Positions 9,714 through 20,151 are shown, numbered from the stretch's first letter. The stretch: DNA of 64,000 nucleotides from an uncultured Hyphomicrobiales bacterium (GCA_964580905.1 CAZOLR010000003.1:2237-66236); one strand, 5' to 3'. Notes: generated by a model from the sequence alone, not told the origin. Numbers and translations: made by a program.

Positions 9714-10166
9714 ATGGACTGCCCCTTTTGCGGAAGTAACGACACACAGGTAAAAGACTCACGGCCCTGCGAAGATGGTGCTGCTATCAGGCGACGCCGG
9801 CTTTGCGGGGCTTGTGATGCCCGGTTCACCACATTTGAACGTGTGCAGTTGCGCGAATTGATTGTTGTGAAGCGCAACGGGCGGAAATCCCCGTTTGACC
9901 GCGACAAGCTTGAACGTTCACTGAATATTGCCCTGCGCAAGCGTGACGTTGACCCGGAAAATGTGTCTCGTGCCATCAATGAGCTCATCCGTACCCTGGA
10001 ACAGCGTGGTGAAGTTGAAGCATCCACCGAAACCATCGGCCGTCTGGTGATGGAAGTGCTGGCAAAGCTCGACAAGGTGGCGTATATCCGCTACGCCTCG
10101 GTTTACCGGAATTTTGCCGAAGCCAAGGATTTCGGCGATTTTGTCGAGAAGGAACTGGGCGACTGA
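9714..10166 (+). CDS. nrdR: Transcriptional repressor NrdR
   Basis: 150 aa. [12 protein letters not shown] zinc ribbon followed by an ATP-cone-like region. Confidence 0.9.
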   Translation: MDCPFCGSNDTQVKDSRPCEDGAAIRRRRLCGACDARFTTFERVQLRELIVVKRNGRKSPFDRDKLERSLNIALRKRDVDPENVSRAINELIRTLEQRGEVEASTETIGRLVMEVLAKLDKVAYIRYASVYRNFAEAKDFGDFVEKELGD

Positions 10167-10249
10167 TCTTGGTTTGCCCCCATGGGGAGGGATCATTGCC
10201 CGGTGAGACAATTTCATCATCCCTGAATACTGTATCTGACAGGCGGTGG

Positions 10250-11335
10250 ATGCGCTCGGCGCTGGCTCTTGCCTTTCGTGCTGAGGGCAGGGCCCACCCT
10301 AATCCCGCTGTCGGATGCGTGATTGTCCACCAGAACAGGCTCCTTGGTCGTGGCTGGACTCAAGACGGAGGGCGGCCGCATGCCGAAACAATGGCGATCA
10401 CTGAGGCAGGTGACCTTGCCCGTGGGGCCACCGCCTATGTCACGCTTGAGCCGTGCTGTCATCATGGCGAGACACCACCCTGCACCGATGCCCTGATAAA
10501 GGCAGGCATATCCCGGGTGGTGATCGGGGTGAGGGATCCTGATCCCCGGGTGTCAGGACAGGGGGCTGCAAGGCTTGAAGCCGCAGGGATTGATGTTTCG
10601 CATTCCATATTTCAGTGTGAGATTTCCGCGCTTCTTCGTGGCTATATGCTCACGCGTCGTGAGGCTCGCCCATCTGTCACCGTCAAGATTGCATCCAGTC
10701 TTGATGGCAGGATTGCCCTTTCCGATGGCAGTTCAAAATGGATCACCGCCCCGGAGACAAGGCGGTATGTCCACCTTCTGCGATCACGTCATGATGCGAT
10801 CCTTACCGGGGCCGGAACAATCCGTGCCGATACGCCGACGCTGACCTGCCGTCTTGAGGGATATGACGGCCCTCAGCCGTTGCGCGTGGTCCTGTCATCA
10901 ACTCCTGATATTGAGGGAATGGATAATATCATCTCCACCAGCGATATTGCCCCGGCCCTTCTGATCTGCCGTGATGACAGAAAGACGGATACGCCGGTGG
11001 CAGGTTTTGAGTGCGATATGGTTGCCGCATCGCCTGATGGCGGGGTGGATATTGTTTCGGCTCTTCGTCTTTTGTCTGACCGGGGCATAACATCGGTTCT
11101 GGTGGAAGCCGGTGGCAAACTGATATCATCCCTTATCAAGGCGGGGGTGGTGGACCAGATCATATGGACACGAAGTGCAGGGCTGATCGGCGCGGACGGG
11201 CGGCCTTCGCTCGGTGAAATGGGGTTCGATACTCTGGAAGACGGCCGTCTTTTCACCAGAGAAAAACTTATACGATCCGGGCCGGATGTGATTGAAATTC
11301 TCACCCGCCGCCCTCATGTTGAGCAGGCAGGATAA
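10250..11335 (+). CDS. ribD: Bifunctional riboflavin biosynthesis deaminase/reductase
   Basis: Deaminase zinc motifs HAE and PCCHHGETPPC, plus a reductase C-terminal half. The start is uncertain: ATG 10250 gives MRSALALA.., and the track ORF begins at TTG 10169. Confidence 0.85.
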   Translation: MRSALALAFRAEGRAHPNPAVGCVIVHQNRLLGRGWTQDGGRPHAETMAITEAGDLARGATAYVTLEPCCHHGETPPCTDALIKAGISRVVIGVRDPDPRVSGQGAARLEAAGIDVSHSIFQCEISALLRGYMLTRREARPSVTVKIASSLDGRIALSDGSSKWITAPETRRYVHLLRSRHDAILTGAGTIRADTPTLTCRLEGYDGPQPLRVVLSSTPDIEGMDNIISTSDIAPALLICRDDRKTDTPVAGFECDMVAASPDGGVDIVSALRLLSDRGITSVLVEAGGKLISSLIKAGVVDQIIWTRSAGLIGADGRPSLGEMGFDTLEDGRLFTREKLIRSGPDVIEILTRRPHVEQAG

Positions 11336-11352
11336 ATATACAGGAAGATTAT

Positions 11353-11949
11353 ATGTTCACCGGGATCATTACCGCATTGGGGGAAGTTACCTCGCTTGAA
11401 AAAAAGCCGGAAGGCGGTTGCCGTGTTGTGATCACAACGCCTTGGGACTGTGCGAAGATTGATCTCGGGGCTTCTGTTGCCTGCAGCGGGGTCTGCCTGA
11501 CCGTGGTTGAACGTGATAAACACCGCTTTTCGGTAGATGTTTCCGAAGAAACACTGGCGGTCACCTCGCTTTCTGACTGGAAGGAAGGGCGGAAAATCAA
11601 TCTTGAGCGCGCCCTTGCCATGGGAGATGAGCTGGGCGGGCACCTTGTTTCAGGGCATGTGGACGGGCTGGCCGAACTTGTCAGCGTCACCCCTGATGGC
11701 GACAGTTTCAGGATTTTGCTTGATGCCCCGGATGCGCTTGCCCATCTTATCGCCCCGAAAGGATCGGTTGCGCTGGATGGTGTTTCGCTGACGGTCAACA
11801 GTGTGGAAGGCCGCCGTTTCGGGCTTATGATAATCCCGCATACCTGGGAGATGACCACGCTCAGTCTCAGCCAGCCCGGCGACAAGATAAACCTTGAAGT
11901 GGATATGTTCGCCCGTTATGTTGCGCGGATTATCTCTTATAAAGGTTGA
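11353..11949 (+). CDS. ribE: Riboflavin synthase (alpha chain)
   Basis: 198 aa. The MFTGIITALGEV N-terminus and the internal duplication are typical of riboflavin synthase. Confidence 0.9.
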   Translation: MFTGIITALGEVTSLEKKPEGGCRVVITTPWDCAKIDLGASVACSGVCLTVVERDKHRFSVDVSEETLAVTSLSDWKEGRKINLERALAMGDELGGHLVSGHVDGLAELVSVTPDGDSFRILLDAPDALAHLIAPKGSVALDGVSLTVNSVEGRRFGLMIIPHTWEMTTLSLSQPGDKINLEVDMFARYVARIISYKG

Positions 11950-13076
11950 TGTCCATGGACTCCAGCAACGAAGCCTCTCTTTCCACCACGGATGAGATCA
12001 TCGCTGCCGCCAAGGCGGGTGAGATGTTTATCCTGGTTGATGATGAAAACAGGGAGAATGAAGGCGATGTCTGTATTCTGGCAGAACATGCGACACCCGA
12101 AGCCATCAATTTCATGGCCAAACATGCCCGTGGTCTGATCTGCCTTGCGCTGGAACGTAAAAGGATAGAGCAGCTTGGTCTTTCCCTGATGGAGCAACGC
12201 CACGATTCCCGTCATCAGACAGCCTTCACCCTTTCCATCGAAGCGAGAGACGGCGTTACCACCGGTATTTCAGCCCATGACAGGGCAAGGACCGTCTCCA
12301 TCGCCAGCAACCCCCAATATGATGCTTCGCATATCACCACACCAGGACATATCTTCCCGCTGATGGCGCGGGACGGGGGCACACTCGTTCGTGCCGGGCA
12401 TACGGAAGCGATGGTGGATATTGCCCGCGCCGCCGGGGGGACGCCAGCCGGTGTTATCTGTGAGATCATGAAAGACGACGGCACCATGGCTCGTCTTCCT
12501 GATCTCAAAATATTTGCCAGGGAACACGGGCTCAAGATCGGCACGATTGCGGACCTTATTTCCTGGCGCCGCATGCGCGAATCCATTGTCAGAAGAGGCG
12601 GGGAGACCATTATCCAGTCCTCCTATGGCGGCGAATGGCGGATGATTGTTTATATCAATACCGCCAGTTATGCCGAACATGTGGCGCTGGTAAAAGGTGA
12701 TATCTCCTCGGACGATCCGGTGCTGGTGCGGATGCATGCGATGAATATCATGACCGATGTTCTCGGCGAGACAGGCGCCGGACGAACCGGGTCTGAAATC
12801 CAGACAGCCATGCGGGCGATCGCAAAGGAAGGGCGCGGGGTTATCGTCATGCTCCGGGAGCCGAGCCCGACCACGCTTTCCGATCTTGTCGAAATGAAAG
12901 CCTCAGGCAGGAATGGCCCGCAGAATCAGATCCGCAGTTATGGTGTTGGTGCCCAGATACTTCTTGATCTTGGCATCACCGAAATGGAGTTGCTATCCAA
13001 TACCCAGCGCAATATAGTCGGCCTCGACGGTTATGGGCTGACGGTGACCGGTTATCGTGAGATAAAACCAGACTGA
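11949..13076 (+). CDS. ribB: 3,4-dihydroxy-2-butanone-4-phosphate synthase fused to a degenerate GTP cyclohydrolase II-like domain (RibBX type)
   Basis: The N-terminal half looks like DHBP synthase (..[10 protein letters not shown]..). The C-terminal half aligns by eye to RibA but lacks the Cys ligands. TGATG overlap with ribE. Confidence 0.85.
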   Translation: MSMDSSNEASLSTTDEIIAAAKAGEMFILVDDENRENEGDVCILAEHATPEAINFMAKHARGLICLALERKRIEQLGLSLMEQRHDSRHQTAFTLSIEARDGVTTGISAHDRARTVSIASNPQYDASHITTPGHIFPLMARDGGTLVRAGHTEAMVDIARAAGGTPAGVICEIMKDDGTMARLPDLKIFAREHGLKIGTIADLISWRRMRESIVRRGGETIIQSSYGGEWRMIVYINTASYAEHVALVKGDISSDDPVLVRMHAMNIMTDVLGETGAGRTGSEIQTAMRAIAKEGRGVIVMLREPSPTTLSDLVEMKASGRNGPQNQIRSYGVGAQILLDLGITEMELLSNTQRNIVGLDGYGLTVTGYREIKPD

Positions 13077-13102
13077 TCGGCCCAATACACGAGGACAATG
13101 CC

Positions 13103-13561
13103 ATGGCGGATACACCGCTACGTTTTCTCATAGTTGAAGCGCGTTTTTACGAAGATATAGCCGATGCACTGGCTGAAGGTGCGATTTCCGCGCTCAGATC
13201 AGCGGGAGCGGAATATGATCGTATCGCCGTTCCGGGTGCGCTTGAAATCCCGGCGGCCATAGCCATGGCCGCGCAAAGCCCGGAAGGTCAGGCATATGAT
13301 GGTTACATTGCCCTCGGATGCGTGATCCGGGGGGAAACCTATCATTTTGAGATTGTATGCAATGAATCGGCACGTGCGCTCATGGATCTTTCCACGATGG
13401 AACTGATTGCCATTGGTAATGGTATCCTCACCGTTGAGAATGCCGATCAGGCATGGGAGCGCGCCGATACGTCACGAAAAGACAAGGGGGGTGACGCGGC
13501 GCGGGCAGCCCTCGCCATGTCGGCTCTGGCCCGTAATTATGGCATCGACAAAGATGACTGA
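13103..13561 (+). CDS. ribH: 6,7-dimethyl-8-ribityllumazine synthase
   Basis: 152 aa. GAGGA Shine-Dalgarno 8 nt upstream. Lumazine synthase-like sequence (..VPGALEIP.., ..[12 protein letters not shown]..). Confidence 0.9.
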   Translation: MADTPLRFLIVEARFYEDIADALAEGAISALRSAGAEYDRIAVPGALEIPAAIAMAAQSPEGQAYDGYIALGCVIRGETYHFEIVCNESARALMDLSTMELIAIGNGILTVENADQAWERADTSRKDKGGDAARAALAMSALARNYGIDKDD

Positions 13562-14072
13562 TCTCAAAACCACTTCTGCTGATCCTGAAAACAGTGATCA
13601 GGAACAGCGGCGCCCGGGCTCGCTCAGACGCAGGACCGCCTCAAGGATTGCGGCGGTGCAGACCTTGTTCCAGATCACCTCTTCGGGCAGATCAGCCGCG
13701 GAAGCCGTACCATTGTTCAAATCGCATTTCCTTCCTGCCCTGCTGGCGGAGTTTGAGGTCACGAGAATGGATGAGGAGCATTACACCCGTCTTGTTTTCA
13801 CCGCCAGTACCGATGCGGCGGGGATAGATGATGAACTTCGTCCTCTTCTCAAAGAGGGATGGACCCTTGAGCGGATTGACGAGGTGGAACGATCCGTCTT
13901 GCGGGCAGCATTTGTCGAGTTGCGTGACATGCCGCATATTCCCGCAAAGGCCGTCATTACCGAATTCACGGCTATTGCCGACAGTTGCGCTGGTGACAGT
14001 GATTTCATCAATGCGTTGCTCGACAGGCTGGCGCGACGTCTGCGGCCGGTGGAAATGCCGGCATTGAGCTGA
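13554..14072 (+). CDS. nusB: Transcription antitermination factor NusB
   Basis: ATG 13554 overlaps the ribH stop by 8 nt. The ..[10 protein letters not shown].. region is NusB-like. The longer track ORF (13407) lies inside ribH. Confidence 0.85.
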   Translation: MTDLKTTSADPENSDQEQRRPGSLRRRTASRIAAVQTLFQITSSGRSAAEAVPLFKSHFLPALLAEFEVTRMDEEHYTRLVFTASTDAAGIDDELRPLLKEGWTLERIDEVERSVLRAAFVELRDMPHIPAKAVITEFTAIADSCAGDSDFINALLDRLARRLRPVEMPALS

Positions 14073-14154
14073 CTGTCATCCCGGGTGGCGGCTTAAGGCA
14101 ATAAATTGTTTGCCTTCCTGTGGGCGTTTGATTATACACATGCTAACTCTTCAA

Positions 14155-14180
14155 AGGGCCGGTTTTACTGGCCTTTTTCT
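14155..14180 (+). terminator. Probable intrinsic terminator after nusB
   Basis: GGCCGG-TTTTA-CTGGCC hairpin (one G-U pair) followed by TTTTTCT. Confidence 0.5.
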
Positions 14181-14280
14181 ACGGTTGCCTGCATCTGGAT
14201 GTCGGGCGCCTAATCTGGAGCAGCCATAGCAAACTGGGGGCAGGCTGTATTCGTAATTCCAATCCCTAAGGGTAAACAAG

Positions 14281-16320
14281 ATGAGCATTGTTGATTTTTC
14301 CATCCTCTGCGGTGTCATCGGTCTTGCCTATGGCATCTGGGCCGCAAGAAGTGTTCTTGCAGCTGATGCCGGCAACACCCGCATGCAGGAAATTGCAGGC
14401 GCCATTCAGGAAGGCGCACGGGCCTATCTTAACCGTCAGTACACAACGATCGGTATCGTTGGTGTCATTGTGACCATTATTCTGGTGGTTACGCTCGGCA
14501 CATATGTCGCTGTCGGTTTTGTGATCGGTGCGGTTTTCTCCGGTATCGCCGGCTATATCGGTATGAACGTATCGGTCCGCGCCAATGTCCGCACAACCCA
14601 GGCTGCCCGGTCTTCACTGGCTGGCGCGCTTGATATTGCATTCAAGTCCGGGGCTATTACCGGCATGCTGGTTGTTGGTCTGGGGCTGATTGGTGTCGCT
14701 CTTTATTATCGCGTCCTGACAAACCTCAACCTTGGTGAGCGTCAGATCATGGAGGCGCTTGTTGCACTTTCCTTCGGTGCATCGCTGATTTCGATCTTTG
14801 CGCGTCTTGGCGGCGGTATTTTCACCAAGGGCGCTGATGTCGGTGCTGATCTGGTGGGCAAGGTCGAAGCCGGTATTCCGGAAGATGATCCACGCAACCC
14901 GGCTGTTATTGCCGATAACGTGGGCGATAACGTGGGCGACTGTGCCGGCATGGCTGCTGACCTCTTTGAAACCTACGCGGTTACGATTGTCGCGACCATG
15001 TTGCTGGCATCCATCTACGGGCTTGGTGAGGCAGCGCTTGTCTATCCGCTGGGCATCGGGGCTGTCTGCATCATCGCATCCGTGATCGGGACTTTTTTTG
15101 TCCGTCTTGGTTCATCCAACAATATCATGGGTGCGCTGTATAAAGGGTTTATCGTCACCGCTATTCTTTCAGCGATTGCGATTTACTTTGTCACCCAGAA
15201 CATGTTTGCCGGTACTGCCGTGATGATGTCCTACTTCATCTGTGCGCTGGTTGGCCTTGTTGTGACAGGTGCCCTTGTCTGGATCACCGAATATTACACG
15301 TCAACCGAATATCGTCCGGTGCGGACAGTGGCAAAAGCCTCTGAAACAGGTCACGGCACCAACGTGATCTCCGGCCTTGCCATTTCCATGGAAGCTTGCG
15401 CTGTTCCGGCGATCATCATCGCCGCGGGTATCGTAGTTTCCTTCCAGATGGCAGGTATCTACGGTATCGGTGTTGCTGCGACGACAATGCTGGCGCTTGC
15501 CGGTATGGTTGTTGCGCTGGACGCATATGGTCCTGTGACCGATAACGCCGGCGGTATTGCTGAGATGTCCGAGCTTGATGAAAGCGTCCGGAATGTCACC
15601 GATGCTCTTGATGCGGTGGGTAACACGACCAAGGCGGTGACCAAAGGGTATGCTATTGGTTCTGCAGGTCTGGCAGCTCTCGTGCTGTTTGCGGCCTATA
15701 CCGAAGATCTCAATCATTATTTCCCTAACCTGACGATCAATTTTGATCTGAAAGATCCGTTTGTGGTGGTTGGTCTGATCATTGGCGGCATGCTGCCATA
15801 TCTCTTTGGTGCTCTCGGCATGCAGGCAGTTGGCCGTGCTGGCGGTGCTGTTGTCGAGGAGGTTCGTCGTCAGTTCCGTGAAATCAAGGGGATCATGACC
15901 GGCAAAGCAAAGCCTGATTACAGCCGTGCGGTGGATCTGCTGACACGCTCTGCAATCAAGGAAATGATTGTTCCTTCGCTTCTTCCGGTGCTTGCACCTG
16001 TTGTTGTCTATTTCGTTATGGCATCTGCCGTCAGCCAGTCTGCTGCGCTGACAACCGTTGGCGCGATGCTTCTCGGGACTATTGTGACAGGTCTTTTTGT
16101 TGCGATTTCCATGACCGCTGGTGGTGGTGCCTGGGATAACGCCAAGAAGTATATCGAAGATGGCAATCATGGCGGCAAGGGTTCAGAAGCGCATAAAGCT
16201 GCTGTTACCGGTGACACCGTGGGTGATCCCTATAAGGACACTGCCGGTCCTGCCGTGAACCCGATGATCAAGATCATCAATATCGTGGCCATTCTGATGC
16301 TTGCGGCGCTGGCCCATTAA
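14281..16320 (+). CDS. hppA: Membrane-bound proton-translocating pyrophosphatase, K+-independent type
   Basis: 679 aa and polytopic, with the DNVGDNVGD signature. [10 protein letters not shown] has Lys at the position that separates K+-independent from K+-dependent enzymes. Confidence 0.95.
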   Translation: MSIVDFSILCGVIGLAYGIWAARSVLAADAGNTRMQEIAGAIQEGARAYLNRQYTTIGIVGVIVTIILVVTLGTYVAVGFVIGAVFSGIAGYIGMNVSVRANVRTTQAARSSLAGALDIAFKSGAITGMLVVGLGLIGVALYYRVLTNLNLGERQIMEALVALSFGASLISIFARLGGGIFTKGADVGADLVGKVEAGIPEDDPRNPAVIADNVGDNVGDCAGMAADLFETYAVTIVATMLLASIYGLGEAALVYPLGIGAVCIIASVIGTFFVRLGSSNNIMGALYKGFIVTAILSAIAIYFVTQNMFAGTAVMMSYFICALVGLVVTGALVWITEYYTSTEYRPVRTVAKASETGHGTNVISGLAISMEACAVPAIIIAAGIVVSFQMAGIYGIGVAATTMLALAGMVVALDAYGPVTDNAGGIAEMSELDESVRNVTDALDAVGNTTKAVTKGYAIGSAGLAALVLFAAYTEDLNHYFPNLTINFDLKDPFVVVGLIIGGMLPYLFGALGMQAVGRAGGAVVEEVRRQFREIKGIMTGKAKPDYSRAVDLLTRSAIKEMIVPSLLPVLAPVVVYFVMASAVSQSAALTTVGAMLLGTIVTGLFVAISMTAGGGAWDNAKKYIEDGNHGGKGSEAHKAAVTGDTVGDPYKDTAGPAVNPMIKIINIVAILMLAALAH

Positions 16321-16335
16321 TCAGACAAAAACATG

Positions 16336-16367
16336 AAAAAAGGCCTGTCATTCGGCAGGCCTTTTTT
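16336..16367. terminator. Bidirectional intrinsic terminator between convergent hppA and bamE
   Basis: AGGCCTG(TC)-loop-(GG)CAGGCCT stem flanked by A6 on the left and T6 on the right. Confidence 0.8.
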
Positions 16368-16420
16368 ATTTCCGTCGCGTTTAAGTATAACGGGGCAGGC
16401 ATCATCATCAATGCAATGAC

Positions 16421-16882
16421 TTACTGACTGCTCGCAGGTGCTCTTGATACGTTGGAGAAGATCTGATCAAGGATGCCGTAGGTGTCGCCGGGTGTCGGTG
16501 TTTTTTCATCAATATGGAAAACGTTACGGCCTGTTTCTTCATCTGTAATGTCAAGGGCGGTTACTATCCCTTTGTCATCATATGTAAATGTCACTATGGT
16601 CCGGCTGATGGGGGTTTTCTTTCCGCCAGGCGCTTCTTCCATGACCTGAGCGATATAGTAGACCTTGCCACTGTCAAAGGCACCCGCAACCGAAGGACGG
16701 CCGAAAAGAGCCTCGACTTCAATCATCCGGCTTTTGCCGGGTTCGATCCGGGAAAGCTTGACCGCGTCAAGCGTGTTGCCATGATTGCTGACGATGCTGC
16801 TGCACGCCGTAAGACTGAGCGCCACAAGACCTGTCGCAAGGAGGCGGGGGAGGAAAAAAGATTTTGGATGACATCCGTTCAT
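16421..16882 (-). CDS. bamE: Outer-membrane lipoprotein BamE (SmpA/OmlA family)
   Basis: 153 aa. Signal peptide with the lipobox LTAC, then ..GNTLDAVKLSRIEPGKSRMIEVEALFGRPS.., which is typical of SmpA/OmlA. Confidence 0.8.
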   Translation of the reverse strand: MNGCHPKSFFLPRLLATGLVALSLTACSSIVSNHGNTLDAVKLSRIEPGKSRMIEVEALFGRPSVAGAFDSGKVYYIAQVMEEAPGGKKTPISRTIVTFTYDDKGIVTALDITDEETGRNVFHIDEKTPTPGDTYGILDQIFSNVSRAPASSQ

Positions 16883-16970
16883 GGTATCAACATTCCTGAT
16901 TGTCTACTATTACTTTAATGCAGTGAAGTTTCTTCCCGGTCAATGATGCATAATAAAAAAAGATGTTGAG

Positions 16971-17534
16971 ATGATAACACGATTATCAAAAATGGTCGAA
17001 AGATGGGCGCGTCCGGGCGGTGAGCAGGCGCACGTATTATATACGGAGATGGCACGTGTTGCACGGAAGCCGGAATTTTATCTTCAATATGATATCAGCG
17101 ATACATTTGACGGAAGATTTGACACCCTGACCCTGATTGTTGTGCTGGTTGTCCGCCGTCTCAATAACGCTGGCAAGGACGGCGCGGAACTCGCCCAGGA
17201 AGTGATTGATCTGATGTTTGCGGATATGGATCTCAGCCTGCATGAAATCGGGGTGAGCGAGAACAAGGTCGGCAAAAAGGTCAAAACCATTGCCACCGCA
17301 TTCATCGGGCGGATGAAGGCTTACACGACGGCGCTGGATAATGATGATGACACTGAACTGGCGGCGGCCTTAAGGCGCAATCTTTACCGTGAAAACGGGG
17401 TCGATCCTGTCGAGAACGGCCTTGTCACCGCGATCAGGGCACAGGTCAAACGCCTCGATGCATTTACTGACGATGAGTTGCTAAAATCTGCTCCGTCCTT
17501 TGAGTTTACGCCACATGATCAGCGTGACCTTTAA
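16971..17534 (+). CDS. Ubiquinol-cytochrome c chaperone (Cbp3-like) family protein
   Basis: 187 aa. ..FDGRFDTLTLIVVLVVRRL.. region. Conserved alphaproteobacterial position between bamE and yceD. Confidence 0.7.
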   Translation: MITRLSKMVERWARPGGEQAHVLYTEMARVARKPEFYLQYDISDTFDGRFDTLTLIVVLVVRRLNNAGKDGAELAQEVIDLMFADMDLSLHEIGVSENKVGKKVKTIATAFIGRMKAYTTALDNDDDTELAAALRRNLYRENGVDPVENGLVTAIRAQVKRLDAFTDDELLKSAPSFEFTPHDQRDL

Positions 17535-17542
17535 CAAATATA

Positions 17543-18058
17543 TTGAGTGATGCGATGATGTTGTCCGAAACCATTTCTGCCGAACAGCTGGATCAGGGGA
17601 AGCCTGTATCCTGGGTCAGGGAAGCAGACCGCCAATCCTGCGATCATCTGGCTGAACGATTTGGCTGGGTGGATGTCTGCTCATTAAAGGTGGAGCTGAA
17701 GTTGAAATCCGTGGCCAAAACAGCCTATCAGGTGACAGGGAAGATCGAGGCGGCAATTATCCAGTCCTGCCGGCTCAGCGGAAATCCTGTTCCCGAAGCC
17801 CTGCTGATCGAGGTGAATGAAAGATTCGCTGACCTTGCACAGGAAGATGGTGATACGGAAATCGATCCCATGGCGGTATCTGTCGAAGCGCTTGAAGACG
17901 GGCTGATACCTGTTGGTGAAATGGTGGCGCAGCTCGTCGGGCTTGAAGCGACACCCTGGCCAAGGGATGCGGCTATCTCAGATGAAAGCAACCGTCTGTC
18001 GGATGGTGATTCTGCGCATCCGTTCGCTTCTCTTGCCCAATTGAAGAAAAATCTATAG
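17543..18058 (+). CDS. yceD: DUF177 / YceD family protein
   Basis: 171 aa and acidic, upstream of plsX-fabH. The start is uncertain (TTG 17543, or ATG 17555/17558). Confidence 0.7.
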   Translation: MSDAMMLSETISAEQLDQGKPVSWVREADRQSCDHLAERFGWVDVCSLKVELKLKSVAKTAYQVTGKIEAAIIQSCRLSGNPVPEALLIEVNERFADLAQEDGDTEIDPMAVSVEALEDGLIPVGEMVAQLVGLEATPWPRDAAISDESNRLSDGDSAHPFASLAQLKKNL

Positions 18059-18089
18059 ACAGGTAAAAAGTTAATTTAGGGGTGCTGCT

Positions 18090-19142
18090 CTGTCTTCCCG
18101 GGAAAACACAAAACGGCTTCGCATCGCGATTGATGCCATGGGCGGCGATAAAGCGCCCGATGTTGTCATTGAAGGGACGGCACTTGCCGTCAGCCGCAAC
18201 CCACGGATCGTGCCAACTCTTGTTGGTGATGAGCCTGTTTTGCGCGCTCTTCTCGGTCGGCACCCGTCGCTGAAAGATGTGGATATTCTGCACACCCCTG
18301 ATCAGGTGGCGGCGGAAGAGGTGCCTTCGGTTGCGTTGCGGACAGGCAAGAATTCATCGATGAATCTGGCGATTTCCCTTGTCAAGGAAGGCAAGGCAGA
18401 TGCTATCGTTTCAGCCGGAAATTCCGGCGCCCTCTTGATTATGGCGCTGATGGCGCTCAGGACAATGGAAGGCATTGACCGCCCGGCGCTGGCGGCTTAC
18501 ATGCCTACCATCCATGGTCTGTGCTGTATGCTCGACCTCGGGGCTAATATTGATTGCAGTGCTGAGCATCTGGTGCAGTTTGCTATCATGGGGGATGCGT
18601 TCTGCCGGGTGACGACAGGTGTATCAACCCCGTCTCTTGGTCTGCTCAATGTCGGCGAAGAAGAGCAGAAGGGCAATGCGACTATCCGTCAGGCGGCAAC
18701 TGTTCTTTCACGTCCTGATGTTGAGCTGAATTATATCGGTTTCGTCGAAGGCAATGATATCACCAGTGGCGAGGTTGACGTGGTGGTAAGCGACGGGTTT
18801 TCAGGGAATATTGCACTCAAGACAACGGAAGGCACCGCGCAGTTCATCACAACCCTGCTGCGTAAAAGCTTTAAGTCCAGTGCGATGGCAAGGCTCGCCT
18901 ATCTGCTGGCGCGCCCTTCGCTGAAGGGGCTTCGCAAAAAACTGGACCCGCAGCTTTATAATGGTGCGGTACTGCTTGGTCTTAATGGTATTGTTGTCAA
19001 ATCTCACGGCGGGGCAAATGCCCGGGGTGTTGCCAACGCTATTGAGGTCGCCACCCGGATGATCGAAAATGATTTTATGGATGATCTGAAACAGTCGGTC
19101 GAGCGATCCATGCTGGCGCTCGATGCATCCTCGGCCCAATGA
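18090..19142 (+). CDS. plsX: Phosphate acyltransferase PlsX
   Basis: The conserved ..RIAIDAMGGD.. N-terminus is encoded upstream of the first ATG (18138). The in-frame stop is at 18072-18074. CTG 18090 is preceded by AGGGG. The start is uncertain; the rest is clearly PlsX. Confidence 0.85.
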   Translation: MSSRENTKRLRIAIDAMGGDKAPDVVIEGTALAVSRNPRIVPTLVGDEPVLRALLGRHPSLKDVDILHTPDQVAAEEVPSVALRTGKNSSMNLAISLVKEGKADAIVSAGNSGALLIMALMALRTMEGIDRPALAAYMPTIHGLCCMLDLGANIDCSAEHLVQFAIMGDAFCRVTTGVSTPSLGLLNVGEEEQKGNATIRQAATVLSRPDVELNYIGFVEGNDITSGEVDVVVSDGFSGNIALKTTEGTAQFITTLLRKSFKSSAMARLAYLLARPSLKGLRKKLDPQLYNGAVLLGLNGIVVKSHGGANARGVANAIEVATRMIENDFMDDLKQSVERSMLALDASSAQ

Positions 19143-19161
19143 GGAAGAAAACAGGGAAATA

Positions 19162-20151
19162 ATGATGGCCAATACAGCCCGGCAAACCCTTATCACCAGT
19201 ACGGGGTCCTATCTCCCGGAAAAATGCCTGAGCAATGATGATCTGGCGGCTATTCTTGATACCGATGACGAATGGATACGCCAGCGTACAGGGATCCGGC
19301 AGCGTCATATCGTTGCCGATGATGAAACAACATCTGACCTGGCGGTGGCCGCTGCCCGGAAAGCTCTTGATGGGGCGGAGATTGATGCCGGTGAAATCGA
19401 TGCAATAATCATTGCCACGACAACCCCTGACCAGACATTTCCCGCTACCGCTGCTGCGGTTCAGGCCAAGCTCGGCGCGATAAACGCTTTTGCTTTTGAT
19501 GTGCAGGCGGTCTGTGCCGGTTTTGTCTATGGTCTTGATGTTGGCGATGCGTTTATCAAAAGCGGCAAGGCCGATCGTCTTCTTGTTATCGGGGCGGAGA
19601 GTTTTTCCCGCATTCTGGACTGGGAGGACAGATCAACGGCTGTTCTGTTTGGTGATGGCGCGGGGGCGGTTCTGCTTGAAGCCAGCACTGGCGATGAAGG
19701 GTGGGGCATACTTTCTTCAAGCCTTTATACCGATGGCAGGTTCAAGGATATTCTCTATGTCGATGGAGGTGTTTCCTCAACCGGTACTGTCGGGCAGGTC
19801 CGGATGAAAGGTAATGAGGTTTTCCGTCATGCTGTTGAAAAACTGGCGTCGAGTCTTGATGCGGCATTGCAGGAGTCAGGCCTCGGGGCCGAAGAAATTG
19901 ACTGGCTTGTTCCGCATCAGGCAAATGTACGCATTATCGACAGCATGCAGCGAAAATTAAAGATGGACAGCAGCAAGGTGGTGAGAACGGTTGCCGAACA
20001 CGCCAATACATCGGCAGCCTCAATACCTCTGGCGCTTGATACGGCGGTCCGGGATGGCCGTATTCAGAACGGTCATGTGCTGGCTTTTGAGGCTATCGGA
20101 GGCGGATTATCCTGGGGCGCGTCCCTGGCACGTTATGGCAGGCCCTTATAA
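19162..20151 (+). CDS. fabH: 3-oxoacyl-ACP synthase III
   Basis: Active-site region FDVQAVCAGF and the HQAN motif. ATG 19162 follows the plsX stop; the track ORF start (19123) overlaps plsX. Confidence 0.9.
   Translation: MMANTARQTLITSTGSYLPEKCLSNDDLAAILDTDDEWIRQRTGIRQRHIVADDETTSDLAVAAARKALDGAEIDAGEIDAIIIATTTPDQTFPATAAAVQAKLGAINAFAFDVQAVCAGFVYGLDVGDAFIKSGKADRLLVIGAESFSRILDWEDRSTAVLFGDGAGAVLLEASTGDEGWGILSSSLYTDGRFKDILYVDGGVSSTGTVGQVRMKGNEVFRHAVEKLASSLDAALQESGLGAEEIDWLVPHQANVRIIDSMQRKLKMDSSKVVRTVAEHANTSAASIPLALDTAVRDGRIQNGHVLAFEAIGGGLSWGASLARYGRPL

Noticed and set aside
9668-13102. I looked for an FMN (RFN) riboswitch or another leader in the nrdR-rib cluster, and for a ZTP/THF-type element before glyA.
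   Set aside because: The intergenic gaps are only 3-46 nt, too short to hold these elements. Nothing resembling the conserved RFN core was seen.
13407-13553. N-terminal extensions offered by the ORF track: nusB from 13407, coaX from 4418, soxB from 22867, soxG from 27455, lpdA from 55636, fabH from 19123, livM-like from 37664 and ftsB from 51463.
   Set aside because: Each extension overlaps the preceding gene and adds non-homologous residues. Internal ATGs with stop-start overlaps or Shine-Dalgarno sequences give the family-typical N-termini.
14914-14937. Perfect 12-bp tandem duplication GATAACGTGGGC x2.
   Set aside because: It encodes the conserved DNVGDNVGD signature of membrane pyrophosphatases, so it is a protein-level motif and not a repeat element.
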